Positions 10,807 through 20,022 of a stretch of 53,629 nt of DNA are shown here, piece by piece (the first letter of the stretch is position 1; each line of letters opens with the position of its first letter). Origin of the DNA: an uncultured Bacilli bacterium (GTDB lineage Bacteria; Bacillota_I; Bacilli_A; RF39; UBA660); assembly GCA_949439935.1 (NCBI GenBank), contig CASRZA010000002.1:1-53629 (forward strand), read 5' to 3'. The notes below the pieces were generated by a model. That model worked only from the letters and a program-made list of their open reading frames with translations, did not search any database and was not told the origin of the DNA. The translations under genes were made by a program, and so were the position numbers.

Positions 10807-12669
10807 TTGACTATAGGAGGTTTATACCTATACGCCTTTTTGTCGCCTAAGTTAACCATACGTACGAATGGTAAATTCTTTATATATGACAATAATAATG
10901 ATTTAGTATACCAAGGATCGAGTTCAAGAGAATGGGTAAACCTCGAAGATATAAGCGACAACTTAAAAGACGCTACTGTAAGTGTCGAAGATAAAAATTT
11001 CTATAAACACCAAGGATTCGATTATATAAGAATAGCACATGCCGTTATTAACAATATAAAAAATAAAAGTCTAATCGAAGGTGCCTCGACCATAAGCCAA
11101 CAGTACGTTAAAAACATGTATCTTACTTTTGACAAAAAATGGTCTCGAAAGATCGAAGAAGCCTTTCTTACTTTAGAATTAGAAGTACATTATTCCAAAG
11201 AAGATATTCTCGAAGGCTATCTTAACACGATAGACTATGGACAAGGAAATTATGGCATCCAAAATGCTTCTAGATATTATTTTAATAAGGATGCCAAAGA
11301 TTTAACGCTCGAAGAAGCTTGCATGTTAGCAGGTATCCCGAGAAGCCCTGGGAACTATAATCCGGTCTCTAGTTATGAGCGAGCCGAAAAAAGAGCTAAA
11401 ATAGTAGCCGAAACGATGGTTAACAACGGATACATAACTTGGGATGATTATAATAATATGTATAAAGAGAAACTAGATATTTATGCAAAGAGAGACAAGA
11501 ATAATTTAGACACTCTTATGTATTATCAAGATGCTGTCATTTCAGAACTTCAAAATATCTCGAGCATACCAAATTCATTGATCGAAGCCGGAGGATTAAA
11601 AATATATACTGCCTTAGACTTAGAAAAACAGAAAGCATTAGAATCATCAGTAAAAAATAATATGCCAGACGACAATACTCAGGTAGCGGCTATCTATGTC
11701 GATCCAAAATCAGGAGCAGTAAACGCCTTAATCGGAGGAAAAAATTATAGTCAAAGTCAATTTAACCGCGTTACCCAATCAAAAAGACAAGTAGGTTCTA
11801 CTATAAAGCCGTTCCTGTACTATGCCGCCTTAAACAATGGACTAACTATGTCATCAACTTTTAGAAGTGAAGCTACCACCTTCAACCTTTCGAATAATAA
11901 CACATATACTCCTAGCAATTACAACAATATATACGGAGGAAAAATGATCACTATGGCCGCGGCACTTGCCTATTCTGACAATGTATATGCCGTCAAGACT
12001 CACTTATTCCTTGGCGAAGAGACGCTCGTCGATACTCTCAAAACCTTCGGATTAAAAGAAAAAACACAGCCAGTACCATCTCTTGCTCTAGGTGCAATAG
12101 AATTAAATATGTTAGATTATGCGACAGCATATGTAGCTCTGGCAAGTGGTGGATACTCAAAAGATATCCACTTGATCCGCCGAGTCGAAGACATGAACGG
12201 AAACTTATTATATGAATTTAAGGATAGAGATGAACTCGTTCTGAATTATAATAACGTATACATAATAAACGAAATGCTCACAAATGCCTATAATTCAAAT
12301 TTCATAGATTATAACAGTCCTACTGCAGTAAGCTTAAAAGGCAGACTAACTAAAAAGTATTCTTTAAAAACAGGTACGACAGACAACGACCATTGGGTTG
12401 TTGGATATAACCCAGACGCCCTCATGATGATATGGACTGGTGACGATCAAAATGCTCCTACTACGGGCTTTGCAAAAATCACCAAAAATATCTGGGCAGA
12501 TGCCATGGAAGAATGTTTAAAAGACGTAGAAGAAACCTGGTATGAAAAACCGACTAATATAGTAAGCATTCCGCTTCACCCCATCTCGGGAGACTTTGTA
12601 ACTAATGGGAAAAATTCACTGTTCTATTTTGTAAAAGGTACAGAGCCTTCCGTTTATATTACAGACTAA
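10807..12669 (+). CDS. Bifunctional class A penicillin-binding protein (glycosyltransferase + transpeptidase)
   Basis: GT51 motifs EDKNFYKHQGFD and GASTISQQ. Transpeptidase motifs STIKP (SxxK), YSDN (SxN) and KTGTT. The track start (TTG 10807) falls inside the predicted membrane anchor. The reading frame is open back to 10729, and an ATG at 10725 is one base out of frame across an A8 run (see findings). Confidence 0.9.
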   Translation: MTIGGLYLYAFLSPKLTIRTNGKFFIYDNNNDLVYQGSSSREWVNLEDISDNLKDATVSVEDKNFYKHQGFDYIRIAHAVINNIKNKSLIEGASTISQQYVKNMYLTFDKKWSRKIEEAFLTLELEVHYSKEDILEGYLNTIDYGQGNYGIQNASRYYFNKDAKDLTLEEACMLAGIPRSPGNYNPVSSYERAEKRAKIVAETMVNNGYITWDDYNNMYKEKLDIYAKRDKNNLDTLMYYQDAVISELQNISSIPNSLIEAGGLKIYTALDLEKQKALESSVKNNMPDDNTQVAAIYVDPKSGAVNALIGGKNYSQSQFNRVTQSKRQVGSTIKPFLYYAALNNGLTMSSTFRSEATTFNLSNNNTYTPSNYNNIYGGKMITMAAALAYSDNVYAVKTHLFLGEETLVDTLKTFGLKEKTQPVPSLALGAIELNMLDYATAYVALASGGYSKDIHLIRRVEDMNGNLLYEFKDRDELVLNYNNVYIINEMLTNAYNSNFIDYNSPTAVSLKGRLTKKYSLKTGTTDNDHWVVGYNPDALMMIWTGDDQNAPTTGFAKITKNIWADAMEECLKDVEETWYEKPTNIVSIPLHPISGDFVTNGKNSLFYFVKGTEPSVYITD

Positions 12670-12672
12670 AAA

Positions 12673-12704
12673 ACGTATCAATTTTTTACCGATACGTTTT
12701 TTTT
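12673..12704 (+). terminator. Intrinsic terminator after the PBP gene
   Basis: Stem ACGTATC (12673-12679) / GATACGT (12691-12697) followed by a T7 run. It overlaps the stop codon of the convergent HAD-like gene. Confidence 0.65.
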
Positions 12705-13186
12705 GGCCCTAAAACCATCACAGCCTCTTCGGCGATTTCCTGAGTTAGACCGCCATTATAATAATCTGTCTTTACCACAAAATCCAAAAAATCCTCATAA
12801 CCAGCAAATAATTCGTCGTCTAAAACTACAAATCTATCGACATCATGGTCTAAAATATAAGACTGAATCGCGACCGCTCTACCATATTCATTGCTGATAG
12901 AACCAACTATGGGAAGTCCGCTCCTTACCAAATATTCTTCCACTAAAGGATAATGACGCGACCTAACCTCTGCACTCATACAAACTATTTCTGCGCCTGT
13001 GGAAAAAGCTATACTTTTCAACAACTGAATTCTATCGAAATCATAATGAGTTACAGCCGATCTCATCAACATATCTAAAGACATCGAACTTCTTCTTCCA
13101 TAGAAAATCCTATCATCATTATTATCTCTAAAAGATTGAGTGCAATTTAATACTCCATCAAAATCTAAAAAAATTATCTTTTTCAT
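12686..13186 (-). CDS. HAD-superfamily phosphatase-like protein
   Basis: N-terminal HAD motif I, MKKIIFLDFDGVLN. ATG at 13186. Confidence 0.6.
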   Translation of the reverse strand: MKKIIFLDFDGVLNCTQSFRDNNDDRIFYGRRSSMSLDMLMRSAVTHYDFDRIQLLKSIAFSTGAEIVCMSAEVRSRHYPLVEEYLVRSGLPIVGSISNEYGRAVAIQSYILDHDVDRFVVLDDELFAGYEDFLDFVVKTDYYNGGLTQEIAEEAVMVLGPKKTYR

Positions 13187-13198
13187 ATAATGCCTCAC

Positions 13199-13235
13199 AA
13201 AAAAACTATAAAAATTCTAACACATTTTTATAGTT
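13199..13235 (-). terminator. Intrinsic terminator downstream of the noc-like gene
   Basis: 12-bp AT-rich stem, 13204-13215 pairing with 13224-13235. On the minus strand it is followed by a U-run (A-run 13199-13203 on the plus strand). Confidence 0.5.
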
Positions 13236-13243
13236 TAGTATAA

Positions 13244-14434
13244 TCATTTCTTAATTTTAAGTATTATCTGATACATATCTTCGAAATCGTATTCCTCCAT
13301 CTCGACTTTGTATCCATTAGACTCGACAGACCTTACACTATCTCTAATCGTGTTGACTTGATCGCCGATACTTTTCTTAACGATTTCCCCTCCTGATATC
13401 TCTTGTGTCATGCTTGGACCGCCAAAAGGATTTATAGAAGGCTCCATCGAAGGAGCACTAGGAAGTGGACTTACGACGTCACCAAACATGTCGAAAGTCT
13501 CGATCGCTTCTTCTGTGTTTAACTTATTATCGCTTTCAAATACAGGTGGAACTCCCGGCATTGTTTCACCAAAATTCGTCGTCGTCGGCCCACTAAACGG
13601 ATTAAAGCTAGCAGGCGGAATCGTATCTTCTAAACCGATACTCAAATTTGGAGCGCTCGTCTCTAAATCCGTAGGTGGTTCTAAAGAGATGCCTAAGAAG
13701 TTTTTATTAGGCATTCCGTTCTGTCCCAAAACCGAATCTACGGACATATCTCCAACAGAATTTTCTTGTGTATTAGGTATCATTTCTCTTCCTCCGTGTT
13801 CTCCACTTGAATTGTCCTCTGCACCCGCTGTACTTCCCTGCAACAGTTTTTTAATCTCCATATCTAATTGTTTGACTGTCAATCTTTCCTTTATGATCCT
13901 GTTCAACATGTTCTTTTGATTGTCGGGATTAGAAAGCTGTAACAAACTTCGGGCATGTCTTTCACTAATCTGTTCATTCAAAAGAGCATTTTGAACTTCA
14001 TCACAGAGATTCAAAAGTCTCATTTTATTAGCTATAGTCGACTGAGAAACACCCAATTTTTGAGCCAACTCCTCTTGAGTCAAATATCCTCTATCTAAAA
14101 GATTCCTATAACTTTGAGCCTCTTCGATGCTCGACAGATTCTTCCTTTGTACATTTTCTATCAAGGCTACTTCTGCACTTTCGTTATCAGTCATTTCGCG
14201 TACGATCGCAGGAACCTTCTTTAAACCTGCCATACAGGAGGCTTTATAACGCCTTTCTCCTGCGATTATCTCGTACTTATTACCAACTTTTCTCAAAACT
14301 AGAGGCTGTATTACCCCGTGTACTTTGATAGAATCCGACAATTCTTGTAACGCTTTCTCATCGAAAGTAAGTCGAGGTTGAAATCTATTAGGTATTATAT
14401 CTTCGATAAATATTTCTTGAACTTGCTCATTCAT
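13244..14434 (-). CDS. noc: ParB/Noc-family protein, Noc-type, with a long low-complexity insertion
   Basis: ParB N-domain motifs IIPNRFQPR and IIAGERRYKA, plus ENVQRKNL. HTH region GVSQSTIANKMRLLNL...ISERHARSLL and C-terminus VNTIRDSV...EEYDFEDMYQIILKIKK resemble B. subtilis Noc as I recall it. The gene lies directly downstream of rsmG, which is the noc position. Confidence 0.75.
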   Translation of the reverse strand: MNEQVQEIFIEDIIPNRFQPRLTFDEKALQELSDSIKVHGVIQPLVLRKVGNKYEIIAGERRYKASCMAGLKKVPAIVREMTDNESAEVALIENVQRKNLSSIEEAQSYRNLLDRGYLTQEELAQKLGVSQSTIANKMRLLNLCDEVQNALLNEQISERHARSLLQLSNPDNQKNMLNRIIKERLTVKQLDMEIKKLLQGSTAGAEDNSSGEHGGREMIPNTQENSVGDMSVDSVLGQNGMPNKNFLGISLEPPTDLETSAPNLSIGLEDTIPPASFNPFSGPTTTNFGETMPGVPPVFESDNKLNTEEAIETFDMFGDVVSPLPSAPSMEPSINPFGGPSMTQEISGGEIVKKSIGDQVNTIRDSVRSVESNGYKVEMEEYDFEDMYQIILKIKK

Positions 14435-14489
14435 CGCGCGTAGCCCCTTTACTTATTCTTTTTATCCATAATACAAGTTTACTTGATTA

Positions 14490-15197
14490 TCACTTTTTTT
14501 GCAACGGTTTTTTATTTATTTTATCAAATACCCTAGGAAACTCTTCATCGGTTTTACACTTTTTATTTACAAAAACAAATGTTCTAGTGGAACCCTCATA
14601 AGGAAGTGTGCACTCTTCCACGCGCTCGAGAGTTCCTCCTAGAATTTTTATTGCATACTCTCCTTGTTCTAAATCATCGCTTAATTTTCCTTTATAAGGC
14701 AAGAAGTATCCGCCCACTTTGACAAAAGGAATGGAGAGTTCAGAGAGAACAGGCATAGCCGTCACAGCTCGCGACGTCACTACATCGAACGATTCTCTCT
14801 TAGTTAAAATATATTTTTCTGCCCTATCGTTTATGACAGTAAAATCTAAATCTAAGACGTTTTTAAGATCCTCTAAAAATTTTGTTTTTTTTCCATTAGA
14901 ATCCAACACGGTAAGTTCCAAACTGGGAAAGCAAATTTTTAAAGGGACACCAGGAAACCCTGCTCCACTTCCTATATCTAATAAAGACTTTCCTTCAAAA
15001 TCAAAATACTTCGCACCCAAAAGAGAATCATAAAAATGCTTTAAATAGACCTCTTCTAAAGTTCGAATAGCAGTCAAATTTGTATGCTGATTATATTCCA
15101 AGAGAAAATTTGCATACTCCGAAAATTTAACCAGCTGCTCTTCTGAAACCTCAACTCCGATTTTGGATAATTCGAAAATAAAATCTTGTTCACTCAT
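14490..15197 (-). CDS. rsmG: 16S rRNA (guanine527-N7)-methyltransferase
   Basis: SAM motif LDIGSGAGFPGVPLK. Conserved mnmG-rsmG synteny. Confidence 0.9.
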   Translation of the reverse strand: MSEQDFIFELSKIGVEVSEEQLVKFSEYANFLLEYNQHTNLTAIRTLEEVYLKHFYDSLLGAKYFDFEGKSLLDIGSGAGFPGVPLKICFPSLELTVLDSNGKKTKFLEDLKNVLDLDFTVINDRAEKYILTKRESFDVVTSRAVTAMPVLSELSIPFVKVGGYFLPYKGKLSDDLEQGEYAIKILGGTLERVEECTLPYEGSTRTFVFVNKKCKTDEEFPRVFDKINKKPLQKK

Positions 15198-17062
15198 CTC
15201 TTCCCATACTCCTTCTTCAAATAGACTGCCAAAATTTCTATATCTGCTGGATTAACCCCACTTATTCTACTGGCTTGGGCGATAGTCACTGGTCTTACTG
15301 CTTCTAATTTTTGTCTTGCTTCACTCGCTAGATTTTTAACCTTCGCATAGTCGATATCATACGGAATTTGTTTATTTTCTAACTTCAAAAGTTTCTCCGC
15401 GTCTTTATAAGTTTTTACTATGTATCCCTCATATTTTGTTTCGATTATAACTTCTTCTAAAACGTCCTTATCAAAACTTTCTAATTCTGGATATATTTGT
15501 TTTAATATCGAAGAATCTATCTCTGGTCTTTTTATTAAGTCATATAGAGAACAAGAAGAGGCATTACGTAAATGTTTTTCTAATAAATCTTTCTTAATCT
15601 TTGTTACTCTGATCAATTCATTTAATCTCGACATGCTCGCCCTTTTTTCATCTAATCTTCGTTTTTGATCTTCATCGATAGTACCTGCTTGATAACCGTA
15701 ATCTCTAAGTCTCAAATCGGCATTATCATGTCTCAAAATCAACCTGTACTCCGCTCTTGAAGTAAGCATTCTGTATGGCTCTATTGTACCCTTAGTCACT
15801 AGGTCATCTATTAAAACACCTATATACGACTCATTCCTTTTTAATACTAATGGCTCTATTCCTTTGAGCTTTTTCGATGCGTTTATGCCTGCGATGATTC
15901 CTTGACCTGCGGCTTCTTCATATCCACTTGTCCCATTTATTTGTCCAGCTGTAAAGAGATTTTCGATATGTTTAGATTCGAGAGACGGCTTAATCTGCAA
16001 CGGATCGATTGCATCGTATTCTATAGCGTACGCATATTCCAAAATCTTTGCTTTCTCTAACCCTTCTAAACTGTGTACCATTTCATCTTGAACATCTATA
16101 GGCATAGAAGTAGAAAAACCTTGAAGATATAATGCATCATAATACTGGCTTTCGATATCCATACTTTGCGGTTCTAAGAAGAGTATGTGTTTTTCCTTAT
16201 CGGCAAATTTAACGATTTTATCTTCTATACTAGGGCAATATCTCGGTCCAACACCACTCACATATCCGCCGTACATGCTAGACTTAGATAGATTATCTCT
16301 AATAATCTGATGAGTCTTTTCGTTAGTATATATGAGATAACATTTCTCTTGTTTTGAAACGTCATAATCGCTTTCACTATCGAAACTGAAAGAATAGTGA
16401 ACGTCGTCTCCAAGTTCTTCCTTCATCTTCGAATAGTCCACAGTTTTTGCGTCTATCCTCGGAGGCGTTCCCGTTTTAAGACGTATGATTTTAAAGCCTA
16501 ACTCTCTAAGTCTATCTGATAAATTGTCGGATCTCTTCTCGCCGTGTGGTCCTTCAGGTATCTTCTCACTCCCACGCAATATTTCACTTTTTAAATAAGT
16601 CCCCGTCGTCAGTATCAAAGAATCACATTCTATCATCATCCCAGAAGAAAGTACTACACCTTTTACTTTCTTAGCATTGTCATCTATTACGATGTCCTCG
16701 ACTATTCCTTCTAATATAGAAAGATTTTTCTGATTCAAAAGAGCCTCCTGCATGTTTTTGGGGTACGTCTCTTTATCGGCCTGAGCTCGAAGGCATCTAA
16801 CCGCAGGTCCTTTGCTGCCATTTAACATTTTCATCTGCAATAAAGATTTGTCAGCAATTTTCCCCATCAATCCTCCCAAAGCATCGACTTCTCTTACGAT
16901 TACTCCCTTAGATGTTCCACCGATCGAAGGATTACAAGGCATATCTCCTATATTCTTTATATTACCAGTTATCAGAATAGTGTTATGTCCAATTTTGCTA
17001 GTGGCATAACAAGCTTCAATTCCGGCATGCCCACCACCGACTACTATCACTTCATATTTCAT
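15194..17062 (-). CDS. mnmG: tRNA uridine 5-carboxymethylaminomethyl modification enzyme
   Basis: FAD-binding VIVVGGGHAGIEA and full-length GidA homology. ATG at 17062 (MKYEVIVVGGG). Confidence 0.95.
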   Translation of the reverse strand: MKYEVIVVGGGHAGIEACYATSKIGHNTILITGNIKNIGDMPCNPSIGGTSKGVIVREVDALGGLMGKIADKSLLQMKMLNGSKGPAVRCLRAQADKETYPKNMQEALLNQKNLSILEGIVEDIVIDDNAKKVKGVVLSSGMMIECDSLILTTGTYLKSEILRGSEKIPEGPHGEKRSDNLSDRLRELGFKIIRLKTGTPPRIDAKTVDYSKMKEELGDDVHYSFSFDSESDYDVSKQEKCYLIYTNEKTHQIIRDNLSKSSMYGGYVSGVGPRYCPSIEDKIVKFADKEKHILFLEPQSMDIESQYYDALYLQGFSTSMPIDVQDEMVHSLEGLEKAKILEYAYAIEYDAIDPLQIKPSLESKHIENLFTAGQINGTSGYEEAAGQGIIAGINASKKLKGIEPLVLKRNESYIGVLIDDLVTKGTIEPYRMLTSRAEYRLILRHDNADLRLRDYGYQAGTIDEDQKRRLDEKRASMSRLNELIRVTKIKKDLLEKHLRNASSCSLYDLIKRPEIDSSILKQIYPELESFDKDVLEEVIIETKYEGYIVKTYKDAEKLLKLENKQIPYDIDYAKVKNLASEARQKLEAVRPVTIAQASRISGVNPADIEILAVYLKKEYGKR

Positions 17063-17067
17063 TTTCT

Positions 17068-18417
17068 TCACTTCCCTAAACAAAACCTCGCGAACAATTC
17101 GTCGATTAACTCTTCATCGTAAACTTCGCCTAAAATCTCTCCAAGTTTCACTCTCGCTTCGGTTAAATCTATCTCGATAATATCAACAGGCATTCCACTT
17201 TCTATTGCCTGAATAGCCGAATCTATAGAAGTTTTCACTTGCTCTATTAAAGACAACTGTCTCGCATTTGAGATATAAGTAAGATCTTTTTTAGCGATCT
17301 CTTCTAATTCGAACATAGACACGATCTTATTTTTTAAGGAATCCAATCCTGTCTTACTTACAGTATTACCATATATGGCATCTATCCCACGAGGCAAATC
17401 CATTCTTCCCTCGACATCATCCTTATTGACAAATACTATGTGCTTTCTATTCTCCAGTCTATTCAAGAGTTCAAGTTCCTCTTTGCAAAGCTCTTCTCCG
17501 TGGTTTAACACCAAGATGACGAGATCTGCTGCATCTAAAACCTTGATGCTCTTGTCTACGCCTATTTTCTCGACGACATCCGCAGTTTCTCTTATTCCCG
17601 CTGTATCTATAAAGTTGATGATATTGCCATTCAAAACGATCTTACCTTCGACGACATCTCTCGTTGTTCCAGCTATGTCCGTCACGATTGCCTTATCTTC
17701 TTCCAAAAGAAAATTTAGTATACTACTCTTACCTACATTTGGCCTTCCGACTATCGCAACATTCAAGCCTGCTTTTACTACTTTTCCATTACTACTTTCA
17801 TCTATCAATCTTTGTACATCTAAATTAATGCGTTTTAACTCTTCCCCAACTTTTGAAACTGTCATATCTTCGATATCCTCATACTCTGGATAATCTATAT
17901 TGACTTCTATTTTAGATTCCAATTCCAAAATTCTTCTTTTTAATGCAGAAATTATATCTGAAAGTTTACCTGTCAATTGATTTATAGATAGATTTCTCGC
18001 ATTTTCGCTTTCCGCATTTATCATATCTTCGATCGCCTCTGCTTGAGTTAAATCAATTCTTCCGTTTAAAAATGCTCTTTTAGTAAATTCTCCACGCATC
18101 GCTTGTCGACAACCAGCAGTTAAAAGTATTTCTAGAACCTTATTAGTGACGGCTATACCACCGTGTATATTTACCTCGACGACGTCTTCCATAGTATAAG
18201 TTTTAGGTGCTCGCATAACTGTAACTAAAACTTCGTCGATAATCTTTCCTTTCCAGCTAATATGTCCATAATTGATCGTATGACTATTCACCTCAGTAAG
18301 ATCACAGCCCTTAAAAACTTCGTCGACAATTTCGATTGCCTTCGGACCACTTACTCTAATTATAGCAATTCCCCCTATACCTAAAGCGGTACTTACTGCA
18401 CATATAGTATCTTCCAT
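17068..18417 (-). CDS. mnmE: tRNA modification GTPase
   Basis: G1 motif GRPNVGKSS, DTAGIRE, and the C-terminal CLGK motif. ATG at 18417 (MEDTICAVST). Confidence 0.95.
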   Translation of the reverse strand: MEDTICAVSTALGIGGIAIIRVSGPKAIEIVDEVFKGCDLTEVNSHTINYGHISWKGKIIDEVLVTVMRAPKTYTMEDVVEVNIHGGIAVTNKVLEILLTAGCRQAMRGEFTKRAFLNGRIDLTQAEAIEDMINAESENARNLSINQLTGKLSDIISALKRRILELESKIEVNIDYPEYEDIEDMTVSKVGEELKRINLDVQRLIDESSNGKVVKAGLNVAIVGRPNVGKSSILNFLLEEDKAIVTDIAGTTRDVVEGKIVLNGNIINFIDTAGIRETADVVEKIGVDKSIKVLDAADLVILVLNHGEELCKEELELLNRLENRKHIVFVNKDDVEGRMDLPRGIDAIYGNTVSKTGLDSLKNKIVSMFELEEIAKKDLTYISNARQLSLIEQVKTSIDSAIQAIESGMPVDIIEIDLTEARVKLGEILGEVYDEELIDELFARFCLGK

Positions 18418-18465
18418 AGCAAAAACCTCAATTCGCACGCCTATTATAGCATTTTTTTAGCTACA

Positions 18466-18491
18466 TTAAAAGAGTCTACGACTAGACTCTT
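18466..18491 (-). terminator. Intrinsic terminator after the 144-aa ORF
   Basis: 9-bp stem AAGAGTCTA (18470-18478) / TAGACTCTT (18483-18491) with a 4-nt loop. A short U-run follows on the minus strand. Confidence 0.5.
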
Positions 18492-18573
18492 AAATTGCCA
18501 TACTTCCAATATTATATCGAGAACAAAAAATGAAAAATACTTCAACAACAAATTGTCAGTATTGATCCCTCTT

Positions 18574-19008
18574 CTACAAGTCTTTTTTTCTAGATAGAGT
18601 TATTTTTAAATTTTTAATTTCATCAAATACTTTTTTTATCTCTGCCATTACTTTCTCTTTTTCATCTTCTCCAACACCGCAAAGAATATCATTTACAGAT
18701 TTTTCATAATCTCGTTTATTTATTTTGTTTAATTCATTCCAATTTACATTTTTAAAATATGCTGCTATGTCCTCGTTAAAAGTTAACTTCCCTTGCGACA
18801 TTAAAACAGCTATCACAGGATACCCGACATATCCTTGCCAATAAGTAGAATTGTCGTTTGAATAATAAACGTCATCCTTCCACTTAATCGAGTATTCTTT
18901 CTCCCCATTGCTCGACTTTACCTTTGCATGATCATCAAAAATTTCTACTCTACTATCTATAATTGCCGTATAAGCCTCGGGTATTTTTTCGATAGGTGGC
19001 ATCTTCAT
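18574..19008 (-). CDS. Hypothetical protein (144 aa)
   Basis: Intact ORF with its own terminator. No recognisable motif. Confidence 0.5.
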   Translation of the reverse strand: MKMPPIEKIPEAYTAIIDSRVEIFDDHAKVKSSNGEKEYSIKWKDDVYYSNDNSTYWQGYVGYPVIAVLMSQGKLTFNEDIAAYFKNVNWNELNKINKRDYEKSVNDILCGVGEDEKEKVMAEIKKVFDEIKNLKITLSRKKDL

Positions 19009-19064
19009 AATAAATCATCTCCTACGATCATTATACCAAAAAAAACAAGACTAGTTCAAATATC

Positions 19065-19325
19065 CTATTTTAATTTACTTTTCAAAAACTTTTCAAATTC
19101 TTTTAAACCATAGTCCGCATTATAATAATTTGGAAACTCGTTTAAATGTGCTAGTGCTATCTTCGCCGTTATTATGAGATTGTCATTTGTGACATTAGTC
19201 GCAGGAGCGACTGTTCCATGCTCCAATTCGATATTTATTCCTTCCAAAAACTCATTTAAAGAAAATTTTTCGAAGGTTACACCAAGTATAGAGGCGGCAT
19301 ATACAGCATCTTTTTTATTAAACAT
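19065..19325 (-). CDS. Small hypothetical protein (86 aa), possibly DUF5661-like
   Basis: Motifs ELEHG and AHLNEFPNYY resemble a small family seen in phages and Firmicutes. Assignment is from memory only. Confidence 0.45.
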   Translation of the reverse strand: MFNKKDAVYAASILGVTFEKFSLNEFLEGINIELEHGTVAPATNVTNDNLIITAKIALAHLNEFPNYYNADYGLKEFEKFLKSKLK

Positions 19326-19405
19326 AAAATATCACCAATAAATCATATGTTAAATTAAACCTTTGTAAATATATTTTTACTCCAAAAAATAAAAAAGACT
19401 TTTAA

Positions 19406-20017
19406 TTAGTCCTCTTTTGGTTTAATAACCACGTGCCTATTAGGGTCTTCTCCGACACTTTCTGTATATACATCTTTAAAATCTGCTATTGCATTATGTA
19501 CAACTAGTCTCTCATAAGAATTCATATTATCTAATTCTACTGGAACCTTTGTCTGTGCAACCTCTTTAGCGATTCTCCTAGCCGTCTTCTCCAAGTGCAT
19601 CAGCTGTCTATCCTTATAGTTTTCTACATCTAAAGAGACATAGGGTGCTCTTCCAAATCTATTTTTCACTACTGCTCTCATGAGCGTTTGAAGTGCTGCT
19701 AGGCTTCTACCACCCTGACCGATTAAAATCGGATTATCGTCAGAATACATTTTGATTTTTATCTGTTTTTCTCTAATCATAGCTTCAAAAGATACCTCTA
19801 AGCCCATCGCATTTAAAACTTGACTAAGATATGCTTTCACGAATTCGACAACATCAGTAAGAGGTGTAACAGTAATCTCTACTTGAGTTCCTTTAAACAG
19901 TCCAGCCTTCTTTTCTTCAGAAAAAATTATGACATCATCTTCGGTTAAATTCAATGTTTCGAGTGCATCTTTGACGACGCCATCATAATCCTTTCCTGTA
20001 AACTTATTACCCATCAT
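19406..20017 (-). CDS. jag: Jag/KhpB RNA-binding protein (KH + R3H)
   Basis: KH GxxG loop (IGQGGRSLAAL) and R3H-like ERLVVHNAI. Conserved position downstream of yidC. Confidence 0.85.
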   Translation of the reverse strand: MMGNKFTGKDYDGVVKDALETLNLTEDDVIIFSEEKKAGLFKGTQVEITVTPLTDVVEFVKAYLSQVLNAMGLEVSFEAMIREKQIKIKMYSDDNPILIGQGGRSLAALQTLMRAVVKNRFGRAPYVSLDVENYKDRQLMHLEKTARRIAKEVAQTKVPVELDNMNSYERLVVHNAIADFKDVYTESVGEDPNRHVVIKPKED

Positions 20018-20022
20018 AACTA

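Noticed and set aside
10701-10961. 86-aa ORF on the minus strand overlapping the PBP 5' region
   Set aside because: It is antisense to a well-supported PBP reading frame, has no RBS, and has a low-complexity hydrophobic translation typical of shadow ORFs in AT-rich DNA.
13410-13919. 169-aa plus-strand ORF inside noc, and similar antisense ORFs inside mnmE, dnaA, dnaN, gyrA/B, mfd, metG and the surface-protein gene
   Set aside because: All lie opposite strongly supported genes and have Ser/Leu/Phe-rich compositions expected from reverse-complemented coding sequence. None has start-site signals.
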